From assembly GCF_016433145.1 (NCBI RefSeq), contig NC_058132.1, positions 314,469,906 to 314,533,781 of the forward strand: a stretch of DNA of 63,876 bases, written 5' to 3'. The position numbers and the translations under genes were made by a program. Under the pieces are notes generated by a model, which saw only the letters and a list, made by a program, of their open reading frames with translations, had not been told where the DNA came from and searched no databases. This stretch comes from Gracilinanus agilis (taxonomy: Eukaryota). Positions 49,942-62,896 of this stretch are shown here, piece after piece; the stretch's first letter is position 1; every line of letters begins with the position of its first letter.

Positions 49942-51049
49942 GTAATTTATTCACTGTTACTGAAGCAGTTAATGATGTTGTAATTTTATTCCTGAATAAG
50001 ATATACATTTATTATTTCAAATATTTAACAGGGCTTGAAATTAACACAATCTGTAGACCAAGATTCATCTTTGCTACCTTTAGTCCCCTAGAAGGAACTT
50101 CTTTTTCTGACCCACAGTAAAATCATCAATTACATTGCAGTATTTGCTGAAATTCACATATTGACACTATCAAAGAATCTTCAAGATGCTAGAGTAATCT
50201 TTTTAAAAACAGTTATAGTAGTAAGCATTTGCTTAATACTTAGTAAAATGGGATGATCTTTGAAATTATTCTCTTTTCTGGTAATTTATTAGCTTGGATA
50301 AAGGCATTATGTCCAGATTGCATATATCTAAGGACTCTTTATCAATATAATCTCTACCTATATCTATAATAATCTATAATTTATCTTTGTTTCTAACAAA
50401 TCATTTCCTTAAACTATAGCCATTCTCCCTATTCATGTAGTTCTGAGTCTTAGGTCTGTTTTTTCCCCCTAGAAGTATAAATGATGGCAGATGCACAAAT
50501 AGTTGATTATGTAGATGAACTTCATTTATGTGTGATTGATTTGCTAGTGTCATGCCAACTGGATTTTAGATCTTTGATGGTCTTAACTCCTAAAATCTTA
50601 TTTCCTCTTTCAATTTTGCTACTTCTCAACTCTCACTATGTAAATGTTATTGACTATTGAAAACCTTTGCCTTCTCATCTAAATTCTTTGTTCATCATCT
50701 GCTTGTACCAGTCCCTCACTTCTGTTAAACTTCTCTGTCCTCCCCCAGACTTGGTATCCAACTTCATCAGTACAAACTTATAGTCAATATGGATACAGAA
50801 CAGTTAAATATTTCCTAGAATGCATTGAGAAATGCAGAGGAGATTATTACTATACTAAGAAATTTTCCATATCTTCTATGGCTTACCTTTCACCTTGTTT
50901 CTCTTCCTTTATGTAATTTTTTTCTTCTAAATCTTTTTAATACTTTGATATCTGTCAGATCTCCATCTTGTCTTTAGCTACTCCAGGAATAGAGATAATA
51001 ACCCTCACATCTATCCTTCCACATCCTGCAAGTCGCCTCCTTGACCTCT

Positions 51050-51510
51050 CCCATGTCACTCATCCACTGGCAGAAAACTCGATGTTTAACAACTAAGCAG
51101 TGGTCAACTTGCATTTACTCAAATCTTTCCAGGAAGGGTGAAATCTGACATTATCTCCACTGAATGTTGTCATAATCAAGCTAAATATCCCCAGTTCCAT
51201 TAACTTACTTTTCTATGAAAGGAAGTTGACTCTCACTATTGTGTCTGAAATCCTCTGGATACATTCCCCAGCTTACTGATGGCATTAAACTTTAGTGTCC
51301 AGAAACAAAACACAATACACTTTATGAGGTCCAATGAGGTCACAATAGACTGGAATTATCATTTCCCTACTCCTAAAAGATATGCGAATATTAAATTAGC
51401 TTTTCTGCTACCACATTGCACACCTTACTGATATTGAGCTTGCATCACCAAAGATCCTTCCCCCTCTCCCTCCAGGAAAAATGCTGCTTAATAATGCCAC
51501 CCACACCTTT
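51050..51510 (-). mobile_element. L3/CR1 fragment
   Basis: ttagtgtccagaaacaaaacacaatacac...gactggaattatcatttccc...actgatattgagcttgcatcaccaaa. Confidence 0.6.
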
Positions 51511-53004
51511 TACTCCTTTATTTTATTTTATTTTTTTATTCACATTTTTGCAACCAAGTAGCACAATGAAGAACTAGGTTTGGGTCAGGAAGATCTGAGT
51601 TCAAATGTGTTCTCAAACTTTAATTAACTTTAGACTTTCAGAATAATGTTTTTAAATACTTAAAACTATAATATTACAAAGCAAATCAATGAAATATAGC
51701 TACCCAATATTTTTAAAAGGCCATTACTGTTTTGGGGCATTGCTACCCAGGGCTTATCTCTTTCCAATATAAAGGAGAAAAACAGACCACTGGCTTTAAC
51801 AGAAGGCTACAATGGAGGACAAAGAATCATTGAATTTTCATTAGCTTGGTCTTGAAACAGAATTTATAATAATTCCAACAGTCAGAGTTATAGTTACCCT
51901 TTGTACTGTGAAAAATGGTTTGCTACGGAAATGAATAACATAAACCAGGTTGCAGGGGAGACTAGTCAAACTATGCTAAATAACATATACTTTCAGACTT
52001 TAGGGTTCTATTTATTTACATGCAAAAAAATGATACACTAATTGAATATCATTCTACCCTATTCAGGGATAGATCTAGTTAGAGAACTAGTCAGAGACTT
52101 ACAAGCTACTTTTTTTTTTTTTGCAATCCTTATTTGAGTTACTGTTGGTCCAATTAATACCAATTAATTAAGCATTACAAATATTCCTCTCTTAATGTAG
52201 AATTCCATCCTGTTTCCCAGAAGCAAGCAGTCCTAACTGTTAGATTTAAAGGAGTGAACAATAGAATGATATTCTCAGGGATCCTTACCTATATTCTACA
52301 AACCACACACTCATGGGCACCTTAAACAAAAATTAATGAGGTTTTGAGACCCTTATATGAAAGGTATTTTCTCAAAGAAAATTATTTTCCCTGCCAGGCA
52401 TATTTTCAACTCAGAGAGCAATAGTTTTCTCATCTAAGTCCCCTTGTCAGATGATATTTTGAGTGTGGTGATATTTTAATAACATATTTCATTCAAGGAT
52501 CTCAAAGTGCTTTATAAATAATTACCTTATTAATGCATTGGTGACCCCTATAAGGTAACTGGATGGCATGTATTATTTATAGCCACATTACAGAAAGAAA
52601 GACCAAGATGAAGAAAGTTGAAAGGCTTGGCTGAGGTCATGGAACAAGTCAGTGATGTAGCTAGGTATAGAATTTTGAGCTCCAAACTTCCGGGTTACTA
52701 CAGGGAGGTCTAATTTTACTTGAGACACCAAGAGAAGAAGTAGAAATAGCTAAGAAATGAACTTGGCTTTGAGCTTATCAGCAGGAAGGTGGAAAAAGAA
52801 AGGGAATCAGGAATTTTTTAATTGTTTTCCTCTCATATCAAAGAGCTCAGAGTAATTTAGACTTAAAACTGCTTGGAATATAATAGACATGTAATAAAAG
52901 TTGTTAACTTTAATTGATATATGCACTCCATCTTCACCCTATATTTACTATGTATATGATTCCATGGTTTAGTAGGAAGAGCTTTCAAAAAGAAGTTTGA
53001 AGAT

Positions 53005-53295
53005 CTGCATTTTCTTTTTATTTAAATTTATTTCATTTTTTTTATGTCCATACAATTTTACATAGTTGTTTTCTGGCATTTCGCAATCCATGTTCTCTCC
53101 CACCCCTTCCCCTTTCCTGAGACAGCAGGTAATACGATATAGATTAAACATGTGTTATCCTACAATATAGATTTCCATGTTACTCATATTGCAAAAGAAG
53201 ACCCATCTCACTTACACTGGAGAAAAATTAATGGGAAAAAAAAAGTAAAGAATGGTATGCTTCAATACGCAATCAGGCACTATCAGTTTATTCAG
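53005..53295 (-). mobile_element. Marsupial L1 3' end
   Basis: PolyT tail, then ccttcccctttcctgagacagcaggtaatacgatatagattaaacatgtg. Confidence 0.7.
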
Positions 53296-53534
53296 TGGCA
53301 GCAAATAGCCATCTTTGTCATGAGTTCAATGACCTGGGTTATTGTCCTGGTTCTGCCACTATCAGTAAGATACTGGGAAAATTACATATCCTCTCTTTGG
53401 GCCATAGTTTCCTGATATATAGAAAGTGAAAATTAAAATAAATTTTTCCAGTGTCCCTTCCAGTTCTTAAATTCTATGACATTTAGACTAGTACCTAAAA
53501 ATAAACCCAGGAAAAACAAAACCATTACAAATAT

Positions 53535-53786
53535 GTTGTTGTTGTTCTATCATTATCAGTCATGTCCAAATCTTTGTGATCCAAATTTGGATTTTCATGA
53601 AAAAGATACTTGAATAGTTTAGCTTACTGTTAACATTTCTAACTAATTTTATATATAAGGAACCTGAAGTAAACAGTGTTAAGTGACTTGTCCAGGATCA
53701 TATAGCTAGTAAGTATCTTGGGCCAGATTTGAATTCCAGAATCCAGGTAATCTAAGTACTTAATCCACTAAACCGCTTAGCTATCC
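53535..53786 (-). mobile_element. MAR1-type CORE-SINE
   Basis: (gtt)n tail; cagtcatgtccaaatctttgtgatcc; gccagatttgaattccag. Confidence 0.8.
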
Positions 53787-54091
53787 TATTTTACAAATAT
53801 GAATAGTGATACAAAATAAATTCCTGCAAAGTGAAAGGGAGAGAGATAAACAGATAGATAGAGACAGAGAGTGGGAGGGAGGTAGGTAGGGAGGGAAGAA
53901 GGAAGGAAGGAAATGTTCTTTAATATGACTTTAATCTTTAATTTAAAGGAAACCTTTTTTAGAAAGCTCAGCGGTTAAATATGGCTTTTATAATGAGTAG
54001 TCTTTGTGAAGATGATGCTACTGACATAACCAACCACAGGACAAGTGTACACTACCTTTTTTTTCCATTCTATTTTGTGCTGCTTTTCTAG

Positions 54092-54131
54092 GAATGGTGA
54101 TGAATTGTGTTGATTTTGTTACACTTTCTAA
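54092..54131 (+). other. Candidate 40-nt exon (open frame GMVMNCVDFVTLS)
   Basis: Long pyrimidine tract ttttttttccattctattttgtgctgcttttctag; donor TAA|gtaagt; unique-looking flanks. Confidence 0.3.
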
Positions 54132-55040
54132 GTAAGTCTCAAATAGCTTGTAAAACCAGTTAAAATTAAGGATCTAGCCTGTGGCTATAGGACATAAATT
54201 TACTCAGTGTAAAGCTAATTTTCATGTAGGTGAAACTCACCTGTGCTCAAGTCCCAGAAAAAGGCACCTATTTCTTTTGCATGATTAAGATCTCACTTAT
54301 AAATTCTACAGTAAAATATAAAAGCTTCAGGGGAAAAGAGAGATTCAATTATTCATGTGAAAGTTCTATTCTTTGGTTAAGTAGAAACAGCAACTAGAAA
54401 CTTAAAAGGAGGAACATTTTGATTAAACTGACCCCAAATTTTTTTGCTTGATTTAATAGTTTGGCAGCCAAATACTTTTCTTATCAAGTTATGGTTTCCT
54501 TATTTTATGTTTTATCATCAACCTACTAATTATTGCCTACTTTCAGCCATCAGAGGTACCTATCTATTCATTTTTATAGTTATAAAAAATGAGGAAAGGT
54601 TAAAAAGAATTATTTTTTACTTCTTAGACTTAAAAAAATACAGCCAACAATGAGATAGCAAGCAATTGTGTAAATACTATTTACCAAGTCTTAAAATAAT
54701 AACTTACTCTCAGAATTTAGACTAGTCTAACCCTTTCCCAGTAATCACAATAATGAAAAAAATCATTTTCATCATTTCCTTCATTATTCTCCTCCTTAAT
54801 TTGGTTTTGAGAGTTTCCTCTTCTATAAAATGAGTTGGAACATGCAACCTCAAAGATTCTTTTAGGTTCTTACAGTCACTCATTATTTTTTCTTATTCTA
54901 TACTTCCACTTTCACCACCACTCCATTTCCAAGTAAAAAGCAGGATAAAGGCAACTTGATTTGGCCACATTAAATAAGAGTAAGTATGCTACAATGACAT
55001 ACCACAATTTCAAAGGAATCATAATGGAATACATTATATC

Positions 55041-55101
55041 CTTCCTTCCTTCTTTCATTTCTTCTTTCCTTCCTTCATTCATTCCTTCCTTCCTTCCTTC
55101 C
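55041..55101. repeat. (TTCC)n-type microsatellite
   Basis: Directly visible. Confidence 0.9.
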
Positions 55102-55953
55102 TTCTTTTGTAAATACTCTACCATAAATAGATAAAGAGACGTGTGTCCAGAAAATCTAAGTGCTGCCTCAGTGTGACCTATCCTTGTTATGTTAAGGTAA
55201 AGGAGTTTCTTTCCATTAACTTCTTCATAACTTGAGTGCCTCAGTTGATCCAAACATCAAAATTGAACTAAGAATGCTGGTAATAGAGTCATATTCAACT
55301 TCTATACTTAGTTGAAGTTTAACTTTTTCCCCTCTTCTAACTCACATCTTGGATGAGTTTCACTAGTAGCCATGCACAGTTCAGGATGGGCACCTTCTTT
55401 CTTAAAGCTTATTTTTGTCAGCTATTTCCAAATACCACATGACATATCTTCTTTTTAGCAGTTCAGTTTCCATATATGCTAGTATGTTCTCAACTTTTAT
55501 TGCTCACTTAAGGTAGAATACTCTCTCGGGTCATTTTCATAGCCATAGTTTAAAAAACATCTGACATATAATTTATTTAGTGAATGAGTATGCCTTGCTC
55601 AGGCTGTTACAAACTCTTCCCACTTCCCTACGATCTCTTTGATGACCCATTATTCACATGCCTATTTACTTCTCATCCTTACTTTCAGGAAAATGCTATT
55701 TCAGAATTTGATTTGGCAGAGGCAACATATGTCATAATAGTTAACAGACAGTTTCTACCAAAAGGAAGACAGTCATTCCCTAAGATCCTGATATGAAGAG
55801 CATAACTTTCCTTCTCATTGATACAGTCTTTGAGAGACAGCTAAATAGCCAAAGATCCTAGAGAAATTTGTAGTACTACAGAAAATTATTGGTTTTAATG
55901 ACTGTATTTAGAATATATATTTATAATAGCCACTTAATAAGATTAGTGCTTGG

Positions 55954-56009
55954 AAATTATTGAAATCTATAATTATGTATTAAATTATTGAAATCTATAA
56001 TTATATATT
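55954..56009. repeat. 28-bp tandem duplication
   Basis: aaattattgaaatctataattat(g/a)tatt x2. Confidence 0.9.
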
Positions 56010-56121
56010 AAATGATTTAATAAACTTGTTCATAAGCCCCTCTGCATATATAACAATAAATCATATACATATTTCCTTGGTTAATTTTATTCATAAGTAG
56101 TTTTCCTGAAAAACCTTAGAG

Positions 56122-56312
56122 CAGTGGTTACCAAACTTTTTTGGCCTACTGCTCCCTTTCCAGAAAAAAACATTACTTAGCCCCCTGGAAATTTTTTTTA
56201 AAATTTTAATAGCAATTAATAGGAAAGATAAATGCACCTGTGGCCATCACCACCCCCCTCGATCATTGCAGCACCCAAAATGGGGCAGTAGCACCCACTT
56301 TGGGAATCACTG
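56122..56312. mobile_element. Non-autonomous hAT MITE, 191 bp
   Basis: TIRs cagtggttaccaaa / tttgggaatcactg (12/14); TSD ccttagag / tcttagag (7/8). Confidence 0.92.
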
Positions 56313-58035
56313 TCTTAGAGGTATGCTTTCCTACTATTTCATACTTTATGTTGTGAAAAGAACACTGGATGGGGACTGATGACTACTTTATTTTATTGGC
56401 TATATATCACAAAACATCTGTGTGAACTTGGGCACTTCATTTAATATTATGCCCTTCCATTTACCCATCTTTAAAGTAAGAAAATAATACTAGATGATCT
56501 TTTTGGTGTCTTTAAACTTCTGTTAGCCATGTCTTTTATATTGGACTTAATCCCAGATTAACCCAGATTAACCCCATTTGAGCTGATGAAAGATAGCAGA
56601 CAATACTACCAACAAACCTATGAGGAGTACCATAAAATGACTCTGACCTGGTGAGTCACTAAGTAAAATAACTCTCAAATGGAAATTAGTATACAACAGA
56701 GAAATAACTAGGGCAACGTGTACAGAATTTTCCCCAAGTATGTAGAAATCTAGAAGACTTTGACAGTCATTTGAAGTTTTCCAAAGTCAAACCAAATAAG
56801 ATTCATATCTAGTTAGAAAGAATACTTTGTTGAAACAGGAAGCTACCACATATAAAACTTCCTCTTCCTAGTGGCTAGAATTCAGGCATACACTTTTTTA
56901 CCATTGTTCCACCATAAATCCCTTCACTTAGAATCAACATCTCCTCCATCTTTCTAAAAGTATCCCTGTATTTTGGGGAGAACATTTCAAGATCTCTGCC
57001 TTAATACCCAAAATGTGTGGTGTCTCAGGTTTCTAGACTTATGGTACCATGTTTTTCAAAGGTCTATAGTCCGTTTTCTTCCAATTAAATTTGTCTTAAA
57101 AATAATTTAAAGATACTTTTTGTGCTGCTAGCAGTGAGCAGCAAGATTACTAGTTATAGTTCTTGTATTTAGGTTCTTTAAAAAAAGTTCCTGTTCAGTT
57201 TCTAAACTACAGTAACTTTGGTTGTAGATACAGAAACAATATGGAAATAAGCGATAGATTTTCTTCTCATAGCTCATAAAAGCTTACATTGTATTAGCCT
57301 TTATCTCATGGCTCTACAGAGAATCTGAAATCAGAATTTCATCGTATACAAATGCATAATGAAGTTGCCCAACCCTTAAATTTATTCACCCTAAAATAGC
57401 AATTACGGGTTAAAATATATACTTGAAAACCTTTTAAAAGGCACAAGCAATTTGTAAACCTGGCACTGTTAACATTTTCTAAAAGTCTGACTTCAGTTTG
57501 GCATGCTTTTAGCCTCATACCTATCCTAAGAGCCTGGGCACTATTTTTATTAATGATATAAGATCCATCTCTACTATGTGGTTTTAAATGAAAAATGGTA
57601 ATTCTTTTTTCATGTCTTCTTTATCTGTTACTGTTATGATTCATAATACTGTGTCTTTGAATATATAAAAGAATGACTTATGTTAAAAAACTATTCTCTA
57701 TCTAGGTTAGAGGCATCAAAACACTATAAATGGAATTATCTTTACGTAGGCAATTGCCACTGAGAATAGGACTTCTTCTTGGCTTGGAGTATTTGTGCAG
57801 GTGTGTGTATGCATATATGTATGTAGTGAACATTTTGATAAAATGCATAATGACAACCTATTAAATGAAAATGTTATTTCTAAATATTTCAAAATTCATA
57901 TTGGTTCATAATTTTTCTTTTCTTTTTCTTTCTCTTCCTTTCTTTTTAAAGAGAGGGGAGAGATTATGTTAGAGTTGTGATTGTGTGTCCTTAGAGTGTC
58001 CTTTTCACTTAACTTAGTTTTGTTAATAGTAATAA

Positions 58036-58220
58036 CAGAGGTACTTTACCATTTTGTATGTGTGTCATGATCTCTTTTGTCAGTCTTATGAAGCCTATGG
58101 ACTTCCTTCTTAGAATAATACTTTTAAATTAATCTAATGAAATGTATAAGATTTCAAAGTAAATAATTTTTTGAAATGTATTTTTTAAAAAATTGTTAAC
58201 TCTACATTAAGATTCCCTTC
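58036..58220. mobile_element. Old Charlie4z-like hAT MITE
   Basis: cagtcttatgaagcctatggacttccttcttagaataatacttttaaa resembles the Charlie4z body. Confidence 0.6.
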
Positions 58221-58407
58221 TTTACAGTGAGGAAATTGTTTCTTAGGTCTCTTGTAGCTCTGAGAATGTATAAATCTGTGAATTAAATATATATTTAAGA
58301 AAACTAACACAAAGAGGCAGAATAAGATAAATACTGATTTTATAAATATCTTATTTAAGGTTAATATGATAGAAGTTCTGTCATGGAAAACTAATCCAAA
58401 ACAAGTC

Positions 58408-59113
58408 TCCACAAACAAGTGCTTAAGACTCAGTTCAAATGTCATTTCTTCTAAAAGCTAGAAGAAACCTCAGAGGAGTGGTTGTCTAGTTTCTACTTGA
58501 AAACCATGATCCTAGGGAGTCAAAATCCATCACCTCTCTAGGTGTCATGAACCCGCCTGAAAATGCTGGTTCAGTGGGTAACTGCTGTAAGAGTGCTGCC
58601 CCTGGCTAGCTCTGCAGTTCATCAGGCTGAAGGGTCAGATTACAGCATGCTTCTGCCCAGCAAAGGCAACTAAGATGGAAATCTAGCAGTGAGAGTGAGC
58701 ATAACGTTTTATATATATATANNNNNNNNNNNNNNNNNNNNNNNNNNNNNNNNNNNNNNNNNNNNNNNNNNNNNNNNNNNNNNNNNNNNNNNNNNNNNNT
58801 CCACAAACAAGTGCTTAAGACTCAGTTCAAATGTCATTTCTTCTAAAAGCTAGAAGAAACCTCAGAGGAGTGGTTGTCTAGTTTCTACTTGAAAACCATG
58901 ATCCTAGGGAGTCAAAATCCATCACCTCTCTAGGTGTCATGAACCCGCCTGAAAATGCTGGTTCAGCGGGTAACTGCTGTAAGAGTGCTGCCCCTGGCTA
59001 GCTCTGCAGTTCATCAGGCTGAAGGGTCAGATTACAGCATGCCTCTGCCCAGCAAAGGCAGCTAAGATGGAAATCTAGTAGTGAGAGTGAGCATAATGTT
59101 ATATATATATACA
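58408..59113. repeat. About 314-bp direct duplication flanking a 78-N assembly gap (58722-58799)
   Basis: 58408-58721 matches 58800 onward with five transitions plus one difference at the (TA)n edge. Confidence 0.95.
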
Positions 59114-59340
59114 TACATATATATATATATATATGCAGTTTCCATACAATATGATCAAAGAATATATCAATAAGAAGGTTGCATGTCAGAAGCATACATT
59201 CTTAAGGACCAATTAAAGAACACAGAACAATTAAAATATGCAGGTGTCCTACATTAATGAGTACATACATTCATCAAATACTAATCTTAAAAGTCCTCTT
59301 TTGGTCTATTTATCATTAACATCAGAATTTCTTAGGAGTA

Positions 59341-59430
59341 CAGAGGTACTTTACCATTTTTTGTGTATGTGTATGTGTGTGTGTGTGTGATGATGATGAT
59401 GATGATGATGATCCCTTTTGGTAGTCTTTT
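59341..59430. mobile_element. Charlie4z-like 5' end containing a (TG)n(TGA)n microsatellite
   Basis: Shares acagaggtactttaccatttt exactly with 58035-58055. Confidence 0.55.
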
Positions 59431-59699
59431 GGCAGGAGAAGGTCATTCTGTCCCTGAGACAGAGCCCAAAGTCTGTGATAACTAGTTAGGATGCTCTGAA
59501 CCAATTAAAAAAGTCAGTTAAGAAAGACATGTTTTGTTAGACCTGCAAGTTCAAGACTGGTCCTTGCCAAAGGTCTGAGGCAGATCTGCAAATATATCTT
59601 TTCTGGCTACTTTTGCCTCAATGGGCCTAGGATGTCCTTATGGACTTGTCATCTAGGAAGCTGATTTTACTTTTGGATAACAATAATTAAGAATATTTT

Positions 59700-60870
59700 C
59701 ATCCATGTAGTTTTCTCTGTTTTCACTAACTTGTAAATTCTCAATTTATTTTATTTACTATCATGGGCTTTCATATTCAGTCTGTATTTCATTTAGGTAC
59801 AAACATGCTTTATTCTCTTTTAATGAATTGTAAACTCTCTGAAGGCAAGGGTTGTCTCATTCACATTTTTATTCTTCTTAGTAGCTAGTACAATGTTTTG
59901 TGCTTCACAACCAGAACCTTCTCAAGTAATTATCAAATTGGAAAAAAAAATAAAAGCGCCAATTGAAAGCACTGTTCATCAAGAGGAAATGGTCTTAAAA
60001 AATAAGTTGCAATTTCTTCTTACTTCAACATTTGTCATCATTTAGGAATTCCCAATTCAGTCCTTAGTTTTAAAAAGGAACTTCAAGTTCAAAAGTAAAC
60101 ATAACCTTTTTAACATAAAAGAACAAGGTATTTCTTTGACACTGTCTGAGCCAGGAGAACAATTTCGTTCATCACTCACAGTTGACTCTTTTCAACTTTT
60201 CATGCCAATAAAAATAGCTACATTAGGAGCTGGATCCTGTCTCCTCTCTTTCTCTCTCTCTCTTTTTTACTTCCCTACTGAAAATGAAACTTCAAAGTAG
60301 ACCAAACTTTCTGATGGAAGCGAAGGGCATGGTAGCAAGAATACAGGAGCAGAGAAGAGGGAAAGTAGGTTGATGTGAGGTGCTCTGGAAGTTGAACATA
60401 TCTCAGATGAAGGGAAATATAATTATTCAAGGCTTGGGAAAATATAGAGAAAGTGAGTTCAATTGACCATTTGTTTTACCCTGGGGAGTAGAAAGTTCTC
60501 CTCTCTGTTTATTTAAACCTTTCTCATCCTTCACAAATCAGCATGTGGGTCACCTTCTCTTGGAAGACTTTACTCATCACATTAGTTCATACTGACCTAA
60601 TGACTGCTACCTCCTTTCTATATCTGCAGCACTTATATCTGGACTACTCCCTTTTTACTCTCAATTACATGTTGTCTTCAATTGTGAGTTAAGCCTTTTA
60701 TGCCTATGTTTCATCTTCTTGTAAGTCTGGAAGGTCCTGGGTAAATGATAATGCATCTCTTACTTCTTTTATATTTTCCATTGGAAATAGCATGATACTG
60801 CAGACATAGTAAGTGTTCACTGAAAATTTATTTTATAGAAAATGAATTAAATGTTTCCATTGATTTTGAA
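59700..60870 (+). mobile_element. L2 3' fragments (about 59700-59940 and 60470-60870) with unique sequence between
   Basis: attgtaaactctctgaaggcaagggttgtc; gactgcagacatagtaagtgttcac. Confidence 0.55.
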
Positions 60871-61402
60871 TGTTTGAATGGTCCAGAGGACAGTAAATAC
60901 TAGTGAAATAAAGACATATAAAGGCTATATAAAAGCAGATTCAAGACACTTATTCCATACTCACTATGCCCAAAGCATTGTTCTAAACACTGTATATAAA
61001 AAAGTGAAATCAGAAAAGAAAAAAAAATTCTACCTTCAAGTGGCTTACATTTTTATGGGCTGGGAGGTGGGGAAAGAGGTATTGATAAATCGTAGTAATT
61101 GCAGGAGATCATGAGAGGTCAAGTGTAAGAGGTGTCAACTGAGTTGAGCTATCATGGTCAACTAGCTAAGGGTATCTGTTTCCCTCTTAAAATGAGATTT
61201 ATCTAAGATCCCTCATGATAATTTAATATTTGACTTAATAGACTTGAATTCAAACCTAAGTTCAATCAGTTATTAGCTATGTGACTTTAGGTAAGTTACA
61301 ACATGTCTTGGCCTCGGTTTCTTTATTTGGATGTTGTGAGGGTCTTGGACTCAATAGTGCTAATTCTTTTCAGCTTCTGGAAGTCTATGATTGATTCGAT
61401 CC

Positions 61403-62368
61403 TGTCCAGATAGCAAGTCTAGAGCAGGGTAGTGAAGTATGTGGATCCTCGATGGGATGGTGTTGATAATGTTGATATACCAAGGTGGAGTTGGTTCCTC
61501 AGTATCTCTCTATGAAGGAGGTCTGTGAGTCTACTTCACAATGACCAGTGCGGTTGTTCAGACTCCCAGACAGTTTTGAAAAAAACAAGTCAATTTATTT
61601 GGAAACAAGGTAATATGAAGGGGAGCATTAAGGAATTAGGATTCCCTAACTCTATGGATTTTAGTTAACTACCTGCCTTCCTAAAATCTCCTCAAGGAGA
61701 TTGCTTCTTTTGCTGCCAAGCTCCCTAGACCCTGACCTGTCTGGCTAGATCCCAAAACCTGTCTGGCTATCCTCCCAGATTACTTTTGTAGGATAAATAG
61801 GTCTGTTAGTTACTTCAGGGTGAACCCAGAATGGTTAGGTTCAGTCCTAGATGGGCCTATCCAGAGTTGGCTTCTGGCCTTCGCCAACTCAAGTCAACTG
61901 GATCATAGGTCTTTGGCGTAGTTGGGAACACTTTCAATGCAGAAAACACTGTTGAATCTCAAGTATTGAAGGGTTTATCCAGACAGGAGCACCAGATTTA
62001 GTATCTTTGGCTCCAGGAGATAGAAACCAAAACCCTTCTCAGTTCTCAGGGATAGAGAGGAAGTTCCAGCTCCAGACTGTCCAATAGACAGGAAGTCTAA
62101 GAGTGCCTCCTGACTGTTTGTGCTTCTTCTTTATCTTCTCTCTGTGTTCCAGAATCATGCATCATCCATTCCTGGCATGAGACCGGCTCTTGCAAAAATT
62201 CCTTCCCTTTCCTTTTTGCACCCCATTTTCTGCTTCCCTTCTTATAGTAGGGAACTAGAGGTACATGGAAGTGCTAAGGAAATTCAACTTGATGCCAAGA
62301 TTGAGGGAAAGTGTCTAAAAAGTTAAGGCTAGAAATACAGAAAGGCAAAATTTGCTAAGGATTTATCA
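61403..62368 (-). mobile_element. Solo LTR-like element
   Basis: TG...CA ends; tttattt at about 61594 (polyA signal on minus); GC-richer than flanks; no clear TSD. Confidence 0.55.
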
Positions 62369-62410
62369 TATATTAAACTTAATCAAATAAAATGAAATTG
62401 ATTTAGATCC

Positions 62411-62896
62411 TGTGTCATTTAGAATTGTTGTAAACCCTGGAAGACTACAACTCCCAGGGCTTTCTGCTACAACTTCCCCTGACACCTCCCACTTCCTTTG
62501 TGAGAGGTGGCAGAGAAAGTATAAAAGAGAAAGTTTGGAGCATTTTCTTTCTCTCTACATTGGAGTCTCTCTCCTAGATGGAGCTTGGAGGCTGGCTGAC
62601 CCTATCTACCCTGATCTCTTTATCTTGGCACCTTTTCCCCTTTCTATCTATCTCCTAGTTTTTCCTAGTCCTTCCCCTTTCTAATTTAAATAAAACCTAG
62701 CTATTCTAAACCCTAAAGTTGCTCTCAGATTTATTTTTTATTTGGTCCCAGAAGGGCTCTGGTCAATTCCCTCACTCTCCCCCCCCCAAACCCCACTGGG
62801 GCTGGGGCTGTGACCTTCCTTTCCCTTCCTCTACCTTCCTCTCTCTTTTCTCCCATTCCTCCAATCCTCCTTCCTTCATCCTTTCACCCCCTCACA
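62411..62896 (+). mobile_element. Solo LTR
   Basis: tgtg...caca ends; flanks atcc/atgc; tataaaa near 62520; aataaa near 62689. Confidence 0.75.

Noticed and set aside
55690-55796. Possible terminal exon ENAISEFDLAEATYVIIVNRQFLPKGRQSFPKILI*
   Set aside because: The acceptor is good, but its phase is incompatible with the 54092 candidate, no homology is recognised and no polyA signal is evident nearby.
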